Assembly (NCBI GenBank): GCA_964016885.1
Contig: OZ024750.1
Coordinates: 46,438,001 to 46,502,000 of the forward strand
Reading direction: 5' to 3'
From: Eledone cirrhosa
Taxonomy: Eukaryota
DNA length: 64,000 bases
The notes under the pieces are model-generated. The model did no database searches and was not told the DNA's origin. It saw only the letters and a list, made by a program, of their open reading frames with translations. Positions within the stretch are counted from its first letter, which is position 1. Each line of letters begins with the position of its first letter. A program made the translations under genes and the position numbers. Below, in pieces: positions 1 to 11,139 of this stretch.

Positions 1-117
1 ATAGAGAGAGTGGTTTTAATATATAGCGAAAGGGTTGGGTTTATATATATATAGAGGGGGGTTTAATATATTTAGGGAGAGGGGATTATCCGTGAATTTT
101 TTCACGGGTCTAGCTAG
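1..117 (+). mobile_element. Probable Helitron 3' terminus
   Basis: Hairpin CCGTGAA-TTTT-TTCACGG (90-107) followed by CTAG (114-117) and then T. The element would extend off the left edge. Confidence 0.5.
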
Positions 118-502
118 TAATAATTAATAGTCTAGATACACTTTTTACCTTATTCGTATTTAAAATAGGAATAACAATCTTAAAATAATTGTTTCTAGTT
201 TAGGCACAAGGCCAGCAACTTGAAAGCGGGGGGGGGGGGGAGTCGATTAAATCGACTCCATTGCTAACTGGTACTTTATTTTATGGACCCCCGTAAGTAT
301 GAAAGCTGTACCCTGTAGGATTTGAAATCAGAACGCAAAAGGCCGTTACTCTATGCTGTAAAGAATGGTGTCCGCTATTCTACTGATACTTCCAATTCCC
401 CCCCCCCCCCCCCTCAAAAAAAATAATGTATAAACAAACACATCCTTATTACAAACAGCAATATTGCCAAGAAAGTTAGATTAAACTACGAATAAGATTA
501 AT

Positions 503-684
503 TGTTTCTACTTTTGGCACAAGGCCAGCAATTACCCAGTGCATTACTGGTACTTTATTTTATCGACCCCGTAAGGATGAAAGGCAAAGTCAACCTCGGC
601 GGGATTTGAACTCAGATCGTAAAGGGACGTAACTATGCTGGAAAGCATGGCGTCCGACCCTCTACCGATACTGCCAATCCACCG
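503..684 (-). mobile_element. tRNA-derived SINE (MetaSINE-like core)
   Basis: Minus strand has an A box (TGGCAGTATCGG), a B box (GAGTTCAAATCC) and the core GCCTTTCATCCTTACGGGGTCGATAAAATAAAGTACCAG. Further copies or fragments at about 189-398, 780-870, 21130-21280, 37575-37640, 41975-42020, 55101-55198 and 56750-56866. Confidence 0.85.
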
Positions 685-1719
685 CAACTACGAATAAGAT
701 TAATGCTTGAATGTTTAATTACCGTGGATTAGTACAATTAGTAGTGAGTCGGATAAAAGGTTCTTGTCGTATTTGTTCTGGTCCCTTATGTTTTAAATTT
801 AACTCCTTCCAAGAACAACTTTACCTTTCATCTCTATGGGATCGATGAAATAAAGTATTGTCGTCGATTGAATCAACTTTGCATATTCTCATATTTTCTG
901 GCCTTCTCTCTATATTAGAAATCAGTATTAAAACGTTTCAAGACCTCACATTTACGAAGTGTAATTTGATATTGAATGAAGCTAATTCCTATATACCATC
1001 CTAAACGGAGGAACGATTAAGAAGAAACATGTAAATATAAAGAAGAACAATCGATAATCGATCGACAAGGAGCCAGACCTCATTTGCATAACGAGTGGGG
1101 TGGAGCTCGTCAAATAGGACCGAGAGGAAACAATTTTTCCGTTAGTTTTTTTCCAATTGCTAATACAATGTCGGTCGCAACCACAGGCAGAAGGAGAAAC
1201 GTGATATAAAGTGTCTTGCTCAAGGACATAACGCATCATCCGGTCTGGGAATCGAAATCACAACCTCACGAATTCGAATCCAAATCTCTAACCTCTCAGC
1301 CTTCACAAGAACAATGCAGTTATAATATTTGGTACCAATCATATCAATAGCTACATCCATAAAACTCATGAAACACCTTAAGCGCTCACTTGATCTGCTA
1401 GAAGTAACAGCCAAATCCTTGTCAAACCATAGCCCCCTGGCGACAATATAAATGGTATTTATATAACGTAGCCCTCGATACACTACCAAATGGTAGAACA
1501 TTATATTCATGATTGGAAAGTCTATGAATTCACGTCTGTTAGATCCAAATCCATTCGGGGCTAAGCAAAAGCTAATATTACTTTCTAAGTACACTTAATC
1601 CTGTTTCTTCTAAATGTTTCTTCAAATTTCATCTCGTTAACATCTAATCAAACAGGTGGACGATTAGCCGACACACCTTCATTATCACAACCACTAGCAC
1701 CATTAATACAACACCCACC

Positions 1720-1837
1720 TCCCATTGCCACCACCACCACCAGCACCAGCAAGAACACAGAAAGCAGCATTATCATTACGATCACTACCCAAACACAGCC
1801 ATTATCGCCACCACCATCAACATCATCATCATCTACA

Positions 1838-1891
<54 letters not shown>

Positions 1892-2640
1892 TTCATCGTT
1901 ATCAACATCTGTAATACACATCTTAATTACAACATCATCATCATCATCATCATCACCTTCACCCCAACATCACCATAACTTGCCTCCATTTATCAACATC
2001 GTCATCATCATCATCATTAACATTATGCTCATTCCCCCCCCCCCTCATCATCATCGTCATCAGCATCGTCGTCGTCATCATCATTAACAAAATACACACT
2101 ATCAAATCAGAATCCCCACTGGAACCCTCCCCATTACCACCGCCGCCATTACCATCATTACCATTCCTACCATCACCAACACCACCACCACCAGAACCAA
2201 CACCACCAACACCAACACCAACACCAACACCACCAACACCAACACCACAATAACCAATACGACCACCAACTCCAACACCACCACCACCACCAGAACCACC
2301 ACCACCACCACCACAACCACCACAATAATAACCAACACCGCCACCACCAACACCACCAACACCACCACCACCAGAAACAACACCACCACCACCACCACAA
2401 TAATAAACAACGCCGCTACCACCACCACCACCATCAGAAACAACACCACCACCGACACCACCAACACCACCACCACCAGAACCAACACCACCAACACCAC
2501 CACAACCACCACCAACACCACCAACACCACCACAACCACCACCAACACCACCAACACCACCACAACCACCACCAACACCACCAACACCACCACCACCAGA
2601 AACAACACCACCACCAACAACACCACCACCACCATCTCCT
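1720..2640. repeat. (CAT)n/(CAC)n/(CAA)n low-complexity tract
   Basis: Trinucleotide microsatellites. Similar tracts at 12140-12590, 18950-19570, 48500-49580 and 51780-52625. Confidence 0.9.
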
Positions 2641-2887
2641 TCCCTACCATAATCCTCATTTACTTCCAGGCCACCATATTTCTGTTAATCGTTCTATCTA
2701 AATTCCAGATTTAGCATATAATATTACCATATTTCTGATGAAGGCATCAAGTGACGCTACAATGCCGGGCTCTACTTTCACAGCCATGAAACTCTTAACA
2801 GAACAATTTCATCGAAACACTTACGTATTTATGGTAGAAAACAAGATAAACAGAATAATTTAGGACGCTTTAAGTATTGGTGGTCCC

Positions 2888-2935
<48 letters not shown>

Positions 2936-3244
2936 GAGAGAGACATGGAGGGAAAGGGAGAGATATATAGAGAAAGAGAGAAAGAGAGATTGAGTTAGAT
3001 AGATAGATAGATAAATTTCTATTTATTTGCCACGAGGGCACAAAAGAAGGGGACATTTACACAGTGGGGGAGTTTACATAAATCGAGTAAAGAAAAAGGA
3101 ATAACAATAATAATATAACAATAAAAAGTCCTCAAAAGGGAGGGGGCGTGTTGGGGATTGCACATACCCCCGAAAAGTGTGCAACTCTTTTCGCGGGGGA
3201 AGCCCAGAGAGGAGGCGCTCCCCCTTTCCTCTTCACTTCTTCAC

Positions 3245-6200
3245 CTACAGAACAATGTAGAGAGAAGGCCCATTTACACGGGCCATTCTCGCTTCTTTCA
3301 CCCACCTTTCATAAAACTGTCTGGGACCAAGCACTTCTCTCTCCATCCTGATTCTTCTTCCGAAGTGGTATCGGAAGAAGTAAACCAGGTGATGGCCGGA
3401 GAGAAAGTCACCCGACCTCAGACCTTTCAGGCGCGTCCACCACACAACCTCTTTCATCATGGCTATTACGCACAGAAAGACCGCCTCTGCTTCATTTCTG
3501 AAGGGAGGAGGCGGCTTGATGTTCACCACAGACTCGGCGGTTAATCGAATCGGCGCCACACGCGACAGCAGTCGTTCGACGTAGCCCCACAGATCGGCAA
3601 CGCCCGGGCAGTGTACCAGTGCATGCGCAACGGTTTCCTCGTCGCGCACGCATCTGGGATAGATCTTTTTCGCGGGATCCCTGCCCGGGCGCCCGTGTCT
3701 GTAGAGCTTTTCTCGAACGGGCAGAGCCCCCCGGTAACACTGCCTGGCTAGGGACCTCTGGAAGTTGTCCATGGGTCCCGGGCCGAAAGTTCTACCGAAC
3801 AGGCTGGCCAGTTCGTCCTCCTCCATGCCTAGCGACTCTCCAAGGGTGTCGTCGCCCCTGCTAGCCACCAACCCTCTATAGAATGTCGAGGTGGATTCTC
3901 CACTGACAGTCGGGTCCGCTTGCCAGATAGCCGTGAGCGCCTGGGCACACTCAGTGTGCCAGTTGCCCAGTTTTCTCGGTCTTTGCTTCACCCAGGATTG
4001 CAGTTCGGTGAGCGAGACGAGCTGTGGGAAGGCTCGCCTCACAAACGGGGCCCACACCGGCTGACCGTTGAGGAATACCTGTAGATGCCGTAGCCTCAAT
4101 GCGTGCCTACGCATCAACAGCCACGGCATACCCAGCCCTCCTTTCGAAGGGTGCTGGCAGCAGATGGATCTCCTCACCATGGGAGGCCGCTTCTTCCAGA
4201 GGAACTGGAAGAGCATGCGTTCCATGATGGTGAGCTTTTCCTTGGGGCAAGGCACGACGGTCAGGCGGTAGTAGATGACGGACGCTATGTAAGCGTTCGT
4301 CACCTCCGCCCGACCTTTCAGTGATAGTTTGCACTTGGCCCACTTCTGGGTCAGCGCAAACACCCTGCTCGTCACCTCGCCCCAATTCTTCTCCACCTGG
4401 AGGTCCGGTCCGAACCAGACCCCGAGCAGCTTCACCGGGCCCTCCGTCCACCGCCCGACGACACCGTCTAACGGCATCGGTTTGCCCCTCCACGTTCCGA
4501 GTTGCAAACCGACTGACTTGTCCTGGTTCAGCTTAGCCCCCGTCAGCCTTTCGTATTCCTCCAGTAGGGTGGCGATCGCCCCGATTTCCGAGGCGTCCGC
4601 CACCATTACTGTTACGTCGTCGGCATAGGCCGAGACCGCTTTGTGCAATCCCGGTTCCAGGGGTATGCCCCGCAGCAACTCCAACTTCCGCAGCAGTGGC
4701 TCGAGAGTCAATACGTACAGAAGGGAGGAGAGGGGGCACCCCTGTCTGATGGATCGGGTGATTTGAAACGGCTCCGAGAGGTAGCCGTTTACTTTAATCC
4801 TAGAGTAGATGTTGCCACTGTGCATGGCAGAAATCCAGCCCCTGAAAACGGGTCCGAAGCCCGCCGCCGCTAGCACCGCATCCAGGTAACCATGGTCGAC
4901 CCTATCGAACGCCTTAGATTGATCCAAGTTGATCAGGGCCCCACCAAAGCCGGGTTCGTAGCCAACCCTCTCTATGATGTATCGCATGAGGTGGAGGTTG
5001 TCGTGAATGGACCTGGACGGGATAGCGCATGTCTGCGCGTCTCCCACCAAACCACCCACCACAAGCGCCAACCTCTTCGCCAACACCTTGGCCAAAATCT
5101 GTAACTCTGCATTCAGCAGAGTTATGGGCCTAAAGTTACTTAAGTCGTCCCCCTTGCTCTCGTCCTTCCTCACTAGCGTGACCACGCCCTTGGTCACAGA
5201 ACAGGGAATTCTCCCGTTCTGTTGCCAGTTGCAATAGACAGCCTCGAGGAGTTCGGAGAACAAGACCGGCATAGCTAAATAAAATTCGTATGGTAGACCA
5301 TCGAGACCCGGGGATTTGCGTCTGCTGCATTGGCTGAGCGCTTCCCCGATTTCAGTGGCTGTGATTGGCCCTTCGCAGCACTCCGCTTCGCCGCTCGAAA
5401 GACGCGGTAGACCGTCGAGGTATGGACCGAAGTCCACATCCCCGTCCGGCCCCCCGCCACCTCCGAACAGTCGAGCAAAGTGCCTTTGAAAGGTCTCGCA
5501 CATTCGCTCAGGTTCAAGGATCACCCGTCCATCCTGGTCTCGCAAAGACCGAATGGTGGATTTAATCCCACTCTTGGCTTCTGTCACGCGGGCCCAGCTA
5601 ACAGCTTTGGTCCCCTCGTTTCCTAAAGCACGTATTTTACTTCGGACAACGCAGCCTTCGTGCTTCGCGTCAAAGAACTGGCTCAATGCCGTTCTCGTCG
5701 CTAACACTCTGGCTACGTCTCCGCTCCTAATCGCCTCTTCTAGTTTATCTGTTAACTCCCTTTCCCTCCTATTTCTATTCGCCGCTAGTTCCTTACTGTA
5801 ACCTATCGAACTTACTCTAATCTCTCTCTTTAGAGATATCCACCACCTACTGTTGACGATCGCTCCCGTCAACCGCATCTTAACTAAGCTACTAATCCGG
5901 TTTCTGTAATCTTTCTTTGTCGGTAAGGACAAGTTCATCTTCCAGTAACCGGGACCCTGTCTATGCGTTCTATCAAGGTTGACCACGCAGGTCACTAATT
6001 TGTGATCTGAATAGCCAACCATGATCAGTTCTGGACAACTAAATACGTCCCTATCCTTACTCCTAACCAAAAACCTATCTAGGTACGATCTAGATTGTCC
6101 ACTGCGGTTTGCCCAGGTCCAGGTTGGCGCAGTTGGACAATCTAGTCGAAATCTATCGACCAGGTCGAATCGATCGAGTAACCCCTTGAGGCTGCTACAC

Positions 6201-6679
6201 CCCCCTCTATCGGGACATGCCCCTGCATAGTCCCAACGCGCATCTAGGATTCCATTCCAGTCCCCCACTAAAAGCAGGGAACGCGACGTTCCTAGAAAAG
6301 TCTCCAGACGTTGGAAGAAGTCGGCTCTTTCCGCCCCGAAGGGAGCATAAAGACCGACCAGTCTGAAAGCCCCGCCTTCACCACCTCCGACGTCCAGCAC
6401 CAGTAATCGACCCCCCGGGTCCGAGTGAACAATCTGTACGTCGAGAGTCAGACGTTTATCCAGCAGTACGGCAACTCCCCCCCCCCCCCCGCCTCCGGGT
6501 TGACAGAGAGATGCGTGCATTTCAAAGTCATCGAAGGCGGGCGCCAGCTGTCTCACGCTGCTGATCCGACTCTCGCAAACAACCATCACATCTATACTTT
6601 GTGACCTGAGGTCACTTAGAAGCTTTGCTTGCTTCCAAGCTGAGCTCAGGCCACGCGCGTTCAAACAGCCAACTCTCAA
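3245..6679 (-). CDS. LINE ORF2: apurinic-like endonuclease + reverse transcriptase + C-terminal zinc-finger remnant
   Basis: 1144 aa. APE motifs LNARG, GDWN, SYLDRF, SDH. RT motifs SPGLDG, FRPITLLN, DQSKAFDRV, RQGCPLS, YADD. C-terminal YPRC..ETVAH..HC. The annotated start codon is TTG, not ATG. Confidence 0.95.
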   Translation of the reverse strand: MRVGCLNARGLSSAWKQAKLLSDLRSQSIDVMVVCESRISSVRQLAPAFDDFEMHASLCQPGGGGGGGVAVLLDKRLTLDVQIVHSDPGGRLLVLDVGGGEGGAFRLVGLYAPFGAERADFFQRLETFLGTSRSLLLVGDWNGILDARWDYAGACPDRGGCSSLKGLLDRFDLVDRFRLDCPTAPTWTWANRSGQSRSYLDRFLVRSKDRDVFSCPELIMVGYSDHKLVTCVVNLDRTHRQGPGYWKMNLSLPTKKDYRNRISSLVKMRLTGAIVNSRWWISLKREIRVSSIGYSKELAANRNRRERELTDKLEEAIRSGDVARVLATRTALSQFFDAKHEGCVVRSKIRALGNEGTKAVSWARVTEAKSGIKSTIRSLRDQDGRVILEPERMCETFQRHFARLFGGGGGPDGDVDFGPYLDGLPRLSSGEAECCEGPITATEIGEALSQCSRRKSPGLDGLPYEFYLAMPVLFSELLEAVYCNWQQNGRIPCSVTKGVVTLVRKDESKGDDLSNFRPITLLNAELQILAKVLAKRLALVVGGLVGDAQTCAIPSRSIHDNLHLMRYIIERVGYEPGFGGALINLDQSKAFDRVDHGYLDAVLAAAGFGPVFRGWISAMHSGNIYSRIKVNGYLSEPFQITRSIRQGCPLSSLLYVLTLEPLLRKLELLRGIPLEPGLHKAVSAYADDVTVMVADASEIGAIATLLEEYERLTGAKLNQDKSVGLQLGTWRGKPMPLDGVVGRWTEGPVKLLGVWFGPDLQVEKNWGEVTSRVFALTQKWAKCKLSLKGRAEVTNAYIASVIYYRLTVVPCPKEKLTIMERMLFQFLWKKRPPMVRRSICCQHPSKGGLGMPWLLMRRHALRLRHLQVFLNGQPVWAPFVRRAFPQLVSLTELQSWVKQRPRKLGNWHTECAQALTAIWQADPTVSGESTSTFYRGLVASRGDDTLGESLGMEEDELASLFGRTFGPGPMDNFQRSLARQCYRGALPVREKLYRHGRPGRDPAKKIYPRCVRDEETVAHALVHCPGVADLWGYVERLLSRVAPIRLTAESVVNIKPPPPFRNEAEAVFLCVIAMMKEVVWWTRLKGLRSGDFLSGHHLVYFFRYHFGRRIRMEREVLGPRQFYERWVKEARMARVNGPSLYIVL

Positions 6680-6684
6680 TTGAT

Positions 6685-8547
6685 CTATTTTGGTGTTGAA
6701 AGTGAAGAAAGAAAAGCACTTACCTCTCCGGGTTGCGTAATTTCCATGGCATCAGGTGTGTTGGGTGGAGGGATGTTTTGTGGTGGTGTGGGGGTACACG
6801 TGTGTGGTGGGGTTGGGGTATTTGGAGTTGTGTCAGGGAGAGGGGCGGTTATGGGGAAATCTTTCAAGAGGACGCGATTCAACGGTTTTAAACAGGGGGG
6901 GCTCACGTCCCGTCTAAATTGTTCTTTTAAGGAACGATAAAGGTCCAGAGGGACCTTTATCATTTTTAAATGGGTGAAGTTCTCTGTTGAGATAAAGTTT
7001 GGCCCTTCGGTCTGCACCATAGGGTTATTGTTTATTAATTTAACCAGTTTTTTGTTTTCTTTATTTATATATGTGTATTGCAACGTCTTTTTTTGTGATG
7101 CTGTCAATGTTTCGGAGAGGGGAGGCGCAGATTTATTTTTGTTTGTTGAGGGTGGGGTGTTTTTGATTGGAGTTGGTGTTTGTGTGTGGGTTATTTGTGG
7201 TGTGCTGGGTGTGTGTTTTCTTTTTTTTCTTTTAACTTGTCTGAAGGCTTCTCCTCCTTCTTCTTCAGAAGTTGGGGGAAACTCTTCAGCGCTAGGTGGG
7301 AGGGACGTGTTGTGTGGTTGTTTTTTTTTTGCGGGAGGGGTAGATTTGTTACTGTTTTTTTTATTATTTGTTTGGAATGGGTTTTGTGGTGGTGGTGGTG
7401 GTAATGTTTGTGTCGTGCTTGTGGTTGGTGATGGTGGTGGTGATGTTTGTGTTGTGGTTGGTGGTGGTGATTTTTGTGTCGTGCTTGTGTTTGGTGCTGG
7501 TGGTGGTGATGTTTGTGTTGTGTTTGTGGTTGGTGGTGTCTGTATTTTGTTTGCTGTGTGTGGTATTAGTGTATTTTTGGAGGTGGGTGGTGCTGGTGTA
7601 CTGTTTGTGGTGGGTGTGGGCAATAGTCCTTTTTGGGGGATACGCTTCGGGCAGTTAGCCTTAACGTGTCCCCTTTCCATGCATAAATAGCATGCTGGTC
7701 TTCTCCCCTCTACAATTATGTCTATTGGGGTAAGGTCATCCAGCCAGATGCGATCCGGGATTTGTGCTATTCTTTCGGGCCTCATTTGGACTAGTATGTC
7801 GAGGCCCATTCCCAGGAACGCATCTCCAGTTGCCTTCCCCATTGACAGCATAGTGTCTTCGCCCATATCAATGAAGCCAGCAATAGCCCACCAGAAGTCC
7901 ATTGTGGGCAGCATTGTTTTTACTTTTACTCTCTGTGTTCTTCTACCCATGTAGGAGGGATAGAAGCTATATGTTGTCGACGAGAGTGGGCTTAGGGAAA
8001 GCTTCTCCGCCGTTTCTTTGTCTCTTGTTAGGACCGAAATGCTGCCATAGAGTCGGTCCTTTCGTATGAAGAGAATATTCTTCATATAGTCTTTTAGGAC
8101 TAACTCTATTTCCATTTGGCTGGGCTGTGCTGGCTTTCTTGTCTGGTTCAGTATAGTTCTGTATATAACTGTGTTTTCTGCTCTGGCTTTCTTGAATTCT
8201 GGGGGGGAGTTAATGGAAAACATTCCGTTCTCCCCCAAAACAATATGTTTCTTTGCTTCGGCCAGTTTTTCTCTGGCGGCAGTTAGGTCAATTGGTGTGT
8301 ATGTAATGGATTGCTTTGTTTTCTGGGCGAAAGTTGCCCTGTCGTTATTTGTATTATTTTCTGTTTGTTTGTTTTCTGTTTGCTCATTTTCCTTAACATT
8401 TGTTTTTTCATTTTGTTTGTTTGTTTCAATGTCTAATTTTGTTGTAATTATTTTTTGTTCTTCAGACTTGGGGGGCGTGGCAGAGCTAATGGCAGACATG
8501 TCTGCCATCTTTTCCGCCATGCTGCCAAGAAAGAAATTTTTCGGCAA
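6685..8547 (-). CDS. LINE ORF1, gag-like nucleic-acid-binding protein
   Basis: 620 aa ORF with a CX2CX4HX4C zinc knuckle (CYLCMERGHVKANC) followed by a Pro/Thr-rich region, directly upstream of ORF2. Confidence 0.88.
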   Translation of the reverse strand: MPKNFFLGSMAEKMADMSAISSATPPKSEEQKIITTKLDIETNKQNEKTNVKENEQTENKQTENNTNNDRATFAQKTKQSITYTPIDLTAAREKLAEAKKHIVLGENGMFSINSPPEFKKARAENTVIYRTILNQTRKPAQPSQMEIELVLKDYMKNILFIRKDRLYGSISVLTRDKETAEKLSLSPLSSTTYSFYPSYMGRRTQRVKVKTMLPTMDFWWAIAGFIDMGEDTMLSMGKATGDAFLGMGLDILVQMRPERIAQIPDRIWLDDLTPIDIIVEGRRPACYLCMERGHVKANCPKRIPQKGLLPTPTTNSTPAPPTSKNTLIPHTANKIQTPPTTNTTQTSPPPAPNTSTTQKSPPPTTTQTSPPPSPTTSTTQTLPPPPPQNPFQTNNKKNSNKSTPPAKKKQPHNTSLPPSAEEFPPTSEEEGGEAFRQVKRKKRKHTPSTPQITHTQTPTPIKNTPPSTNKNKSAPPLSETLTASQKKTLQYTYINKENKKLVKLINNNPMVQTEGPNFISTENFTHLKMIKVPLDLYRSLKEQFRRDVSPPCLKPLNRVLLKDFPITAPLPDTTPNTPTPPHTCTPTPPQNIPPPNTPDAMEITQPGEVSAFLSSLSTPK

Positions 8548-9464
8548 AAATAGATATTTATTTTACCCCCTAAAAAGGGGGTAAATGCAAAAATGTTTCC
8601 CTAAATAACAGGGGTTAGTGTTCCAAATGTGTTGCACTAAAAAATTTATCCGGTACTTACAATAGTAAGGGTAAATCCCGATGGAATAGCGGAGCAGATG
8701 CGAAGCGTGTCTTACTCTATCAAGATAGATAGATAGATAGATAGATAGAGAGAGAGAAATAGATATATATAGAGAGAGAAAGAGAGAGAGGGATATAAAT
8801 ATATATATATATATATTATATATATATAAATGGAAAAGAATGAAACGAAATTTCATTTCTCACTCTTCGTACGGCTGTTACTTAAATATAAGTATGTATA
8901 CGTACATACATATATGTATACAGACGTACAGTAGTATGTATATGTCTACATACATGCACACACATATATATATGTACGTATGGGTTTACCGAACATTTAT
9001 TATAATGTTCGGTTTGTTTGTTTGTAACCAGACAAAAAGCCCGAATTACGCTGTACAGTGTTCAGGCAACCACGTCACCTTTTTGTTCAACACTGACACA
9101 AGAACGATGTACTAGTTTCAAGCTTATTACCTATCGCCAGCATCGTATACCTTTCTGCCAGATGATTGAACGTCTGAAAGTATATACTTTCCTTATGCAT
9201 ATTAACGGCTGAGCAGCCTCATTTGCATATCGAGGGAAGTTAGTCGGCCGGGCGCACTGAAAACGATAAAGAATGAAACGAAATTACATTTCTCACTCTT
9301 AATACGGCTGTTACTTAAATATAAGTATGTATACGTACATACATATATGTATACAGACGTACAATAGTATGTATATATATACATACATGCACACATATAT
9401 ATGTACGTATGGGTTTACCGAACATTTAATATAATGCTCGGTTTGTTTGTTTGTAAACAAACAT

Positions 9465-9495
<31 letters not shown>

Positions 9496-10905
9496 CTGGA
9501 TTTTACCAACACTTACTTTCTTGCTTACCCCATGCTCCACACCCTGTTGAGCGCTTCATACAGTAGCGGACCGCAGCCAATATGAATAAACTCAAACACT
9601 CTGGCATCACTGAAGGACATCCCATTACCGGGTAAAAGAGAATACACAAGGAATCTCACTAAGAGTACTGACTCCCTAATACGCAGGATGAGGGGGAGGG
9701 CTTACCACTTTGATAGAGGAAACCCCAATATTAATAACCAAAAAACCACGGAGTGCCTCTTCAGATCAAGAAGAACCCCCCACCCCCACAACAGACTATT
9801 GGAAGAGTTTGAGAACGAAATGATTTCCAACATCAAATTTTCCGACCAACCATACCGGGGTCGACTGGAAAATGGAATTACCGAGAGAACCCCGCAAGAA
9901 TAGGATTAGGAAGGTCACATGGTATAACCCTCCGTACTCGGTGGGTCTACGTACCAGCCTGGCTAGAACATTCTTTAGAGTACTGGATATATGTTTCCCT
10001 AGGGCCCATAAGTACCATAAAATATTCAACAGACACACGGTGAAACTTTCCTACTCAACCACACGCTCAACAAGCCCAGCACATAGCTGGCATAAATAGG
10101 AATAGGCTCACTGCCTCTAATACCACCGTAAACCACGGAGCCACCCAACAGAACCGGTACGCGGGACGCATCGGAACCCGGAGAGGCCCAAGTAGCACAC
10201 CGGAACCCAACGACCCTGTGCTGATTGCGGAGGCTACGCAGCCAACCCCGAGTGATGCTAACCACGCGGTACATGTGGTGGGGCTTATGAAGTCATGTAA
10301 TTGCAGAGACCCATCGCTATGCCCTCTTAGTAATGAATGCATGACCAAAAACGTGGTCTACAGGTGCAAGGTCACAACCCCTAACTCGGAGCACCACTAC
10401 ATAGGATCCACAGCGACGAGCTTCAAAGCTCGGTGGTATAACCATCGCCATTCCTTTAACAGAATAGATGAGAGGAAATGTACGGCCCTTTCTGAATTGA
10501 TCTGGAAGCTCAAACTTGAAAAGACCCCGCGTTCTCTGGTCTGGTCCGTGGTTAGAAAGGTTCCCCCAGACAGAGGCGGGTCTGGTATTTGCAACCTCTG
10601 TCTTAGTGAGGCACTCGAGATTCTTCATGGCGGAACCAAGCTATTAAACAGAAGGGCCAACTTATTCGGTGCCTGCATACACCTAAGGACGGGAACTTTC
10701 CTCAAGCTATATGGATAAACCCCGGTTACGGCCTCCCACAAGCCCCCCCCCCCCCCCCCAGTAGGTGCCCTACACCCCGTACCAATGACCAATGACCAAT
10801 GGACAACAACAACCACCCATGGTTTGACGTCCCTATGGTGGATGGTCCACCGGATCCTCTACTGGTTAGGAGTCCTCTAAACAATGTTTTATTGAACCTG
10901 ATTTT
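9496..10905 (+). mobile_element. Penelope-like element (Naiad-type), RT domain deleted, flanked by (TA)n
   Basis: N-terminal SLKDIPLPGKREY...LIRRMRGRA (from 9607), post-RT linker WYNPPYS...IFNRHTVKLSYS, then CxCx5Cx5C and a GIY-YIG domain. No RT motifs in between. Frameshifted. Confidence 0.85.
10218..10718 (+). pseudogene. GIY-YIG endonuclease domain of the PLE
   Basis: CNCRDPSLCPLSNEC, VVY...YIG, FKARWYNH, TALSELIWKLK, CNLCLSE, LLNRR, CIH. Confidence 0.88.
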
Positions 10906-11067
10906 ATATATATATGTATATATGTATCATGTGTAAATATATGTGTATTTTATATGTGTATGTATGTGTATTTTATATATGTGTGCGTATCTGTATGTAT
11001 ATATTTTATATATATGTGTGTATGTGTGTGTGTGTTTTTTTAAATATATATGTATGTTTTATATATA

Positions 11068-11139
<72 letters not shown>

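Larger units (their letters stand above)
3017..8722 (-). mobile_element. Full-length Tx1/L1-clade non-LTR retrotransposon inserted in a (GATA)n/(TATC)n tract
   Basis: Two long ORFs (gag-like ORF1, APE-RT ORF2). On the minus strand the 3' end reads GCAAATAAATAGAAATT then (TATC)n, and the 5' end also abuts (TATC)n at about 8723. Confidence 0.92.

Noticed and set aside
503-684. tRNA gene
   Set aside because: A and B boxes are present, but they are joined to a SINE core and tail, in many dispersed copies.
6685-6723. Intron-like GAG|GTAAGT...polypyrimidine...TAG at the ORF1/ORF2 junction (minus strand)
   Set aside because: Only 39 nt, and removing it keeps the ORF1 frame, which stops two codons later. 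It would not fuse ORF1 to ORF2.
9583-9585. In-frame TGA upstream of the PLE N-terminal motif, as a possible selenocysteine codon
   Set aside because: It overlaps an ATG in the adjacent frame and is better explained by a frameshift near the start. It is not at a conserved Cys position, and no SECIS was identified.
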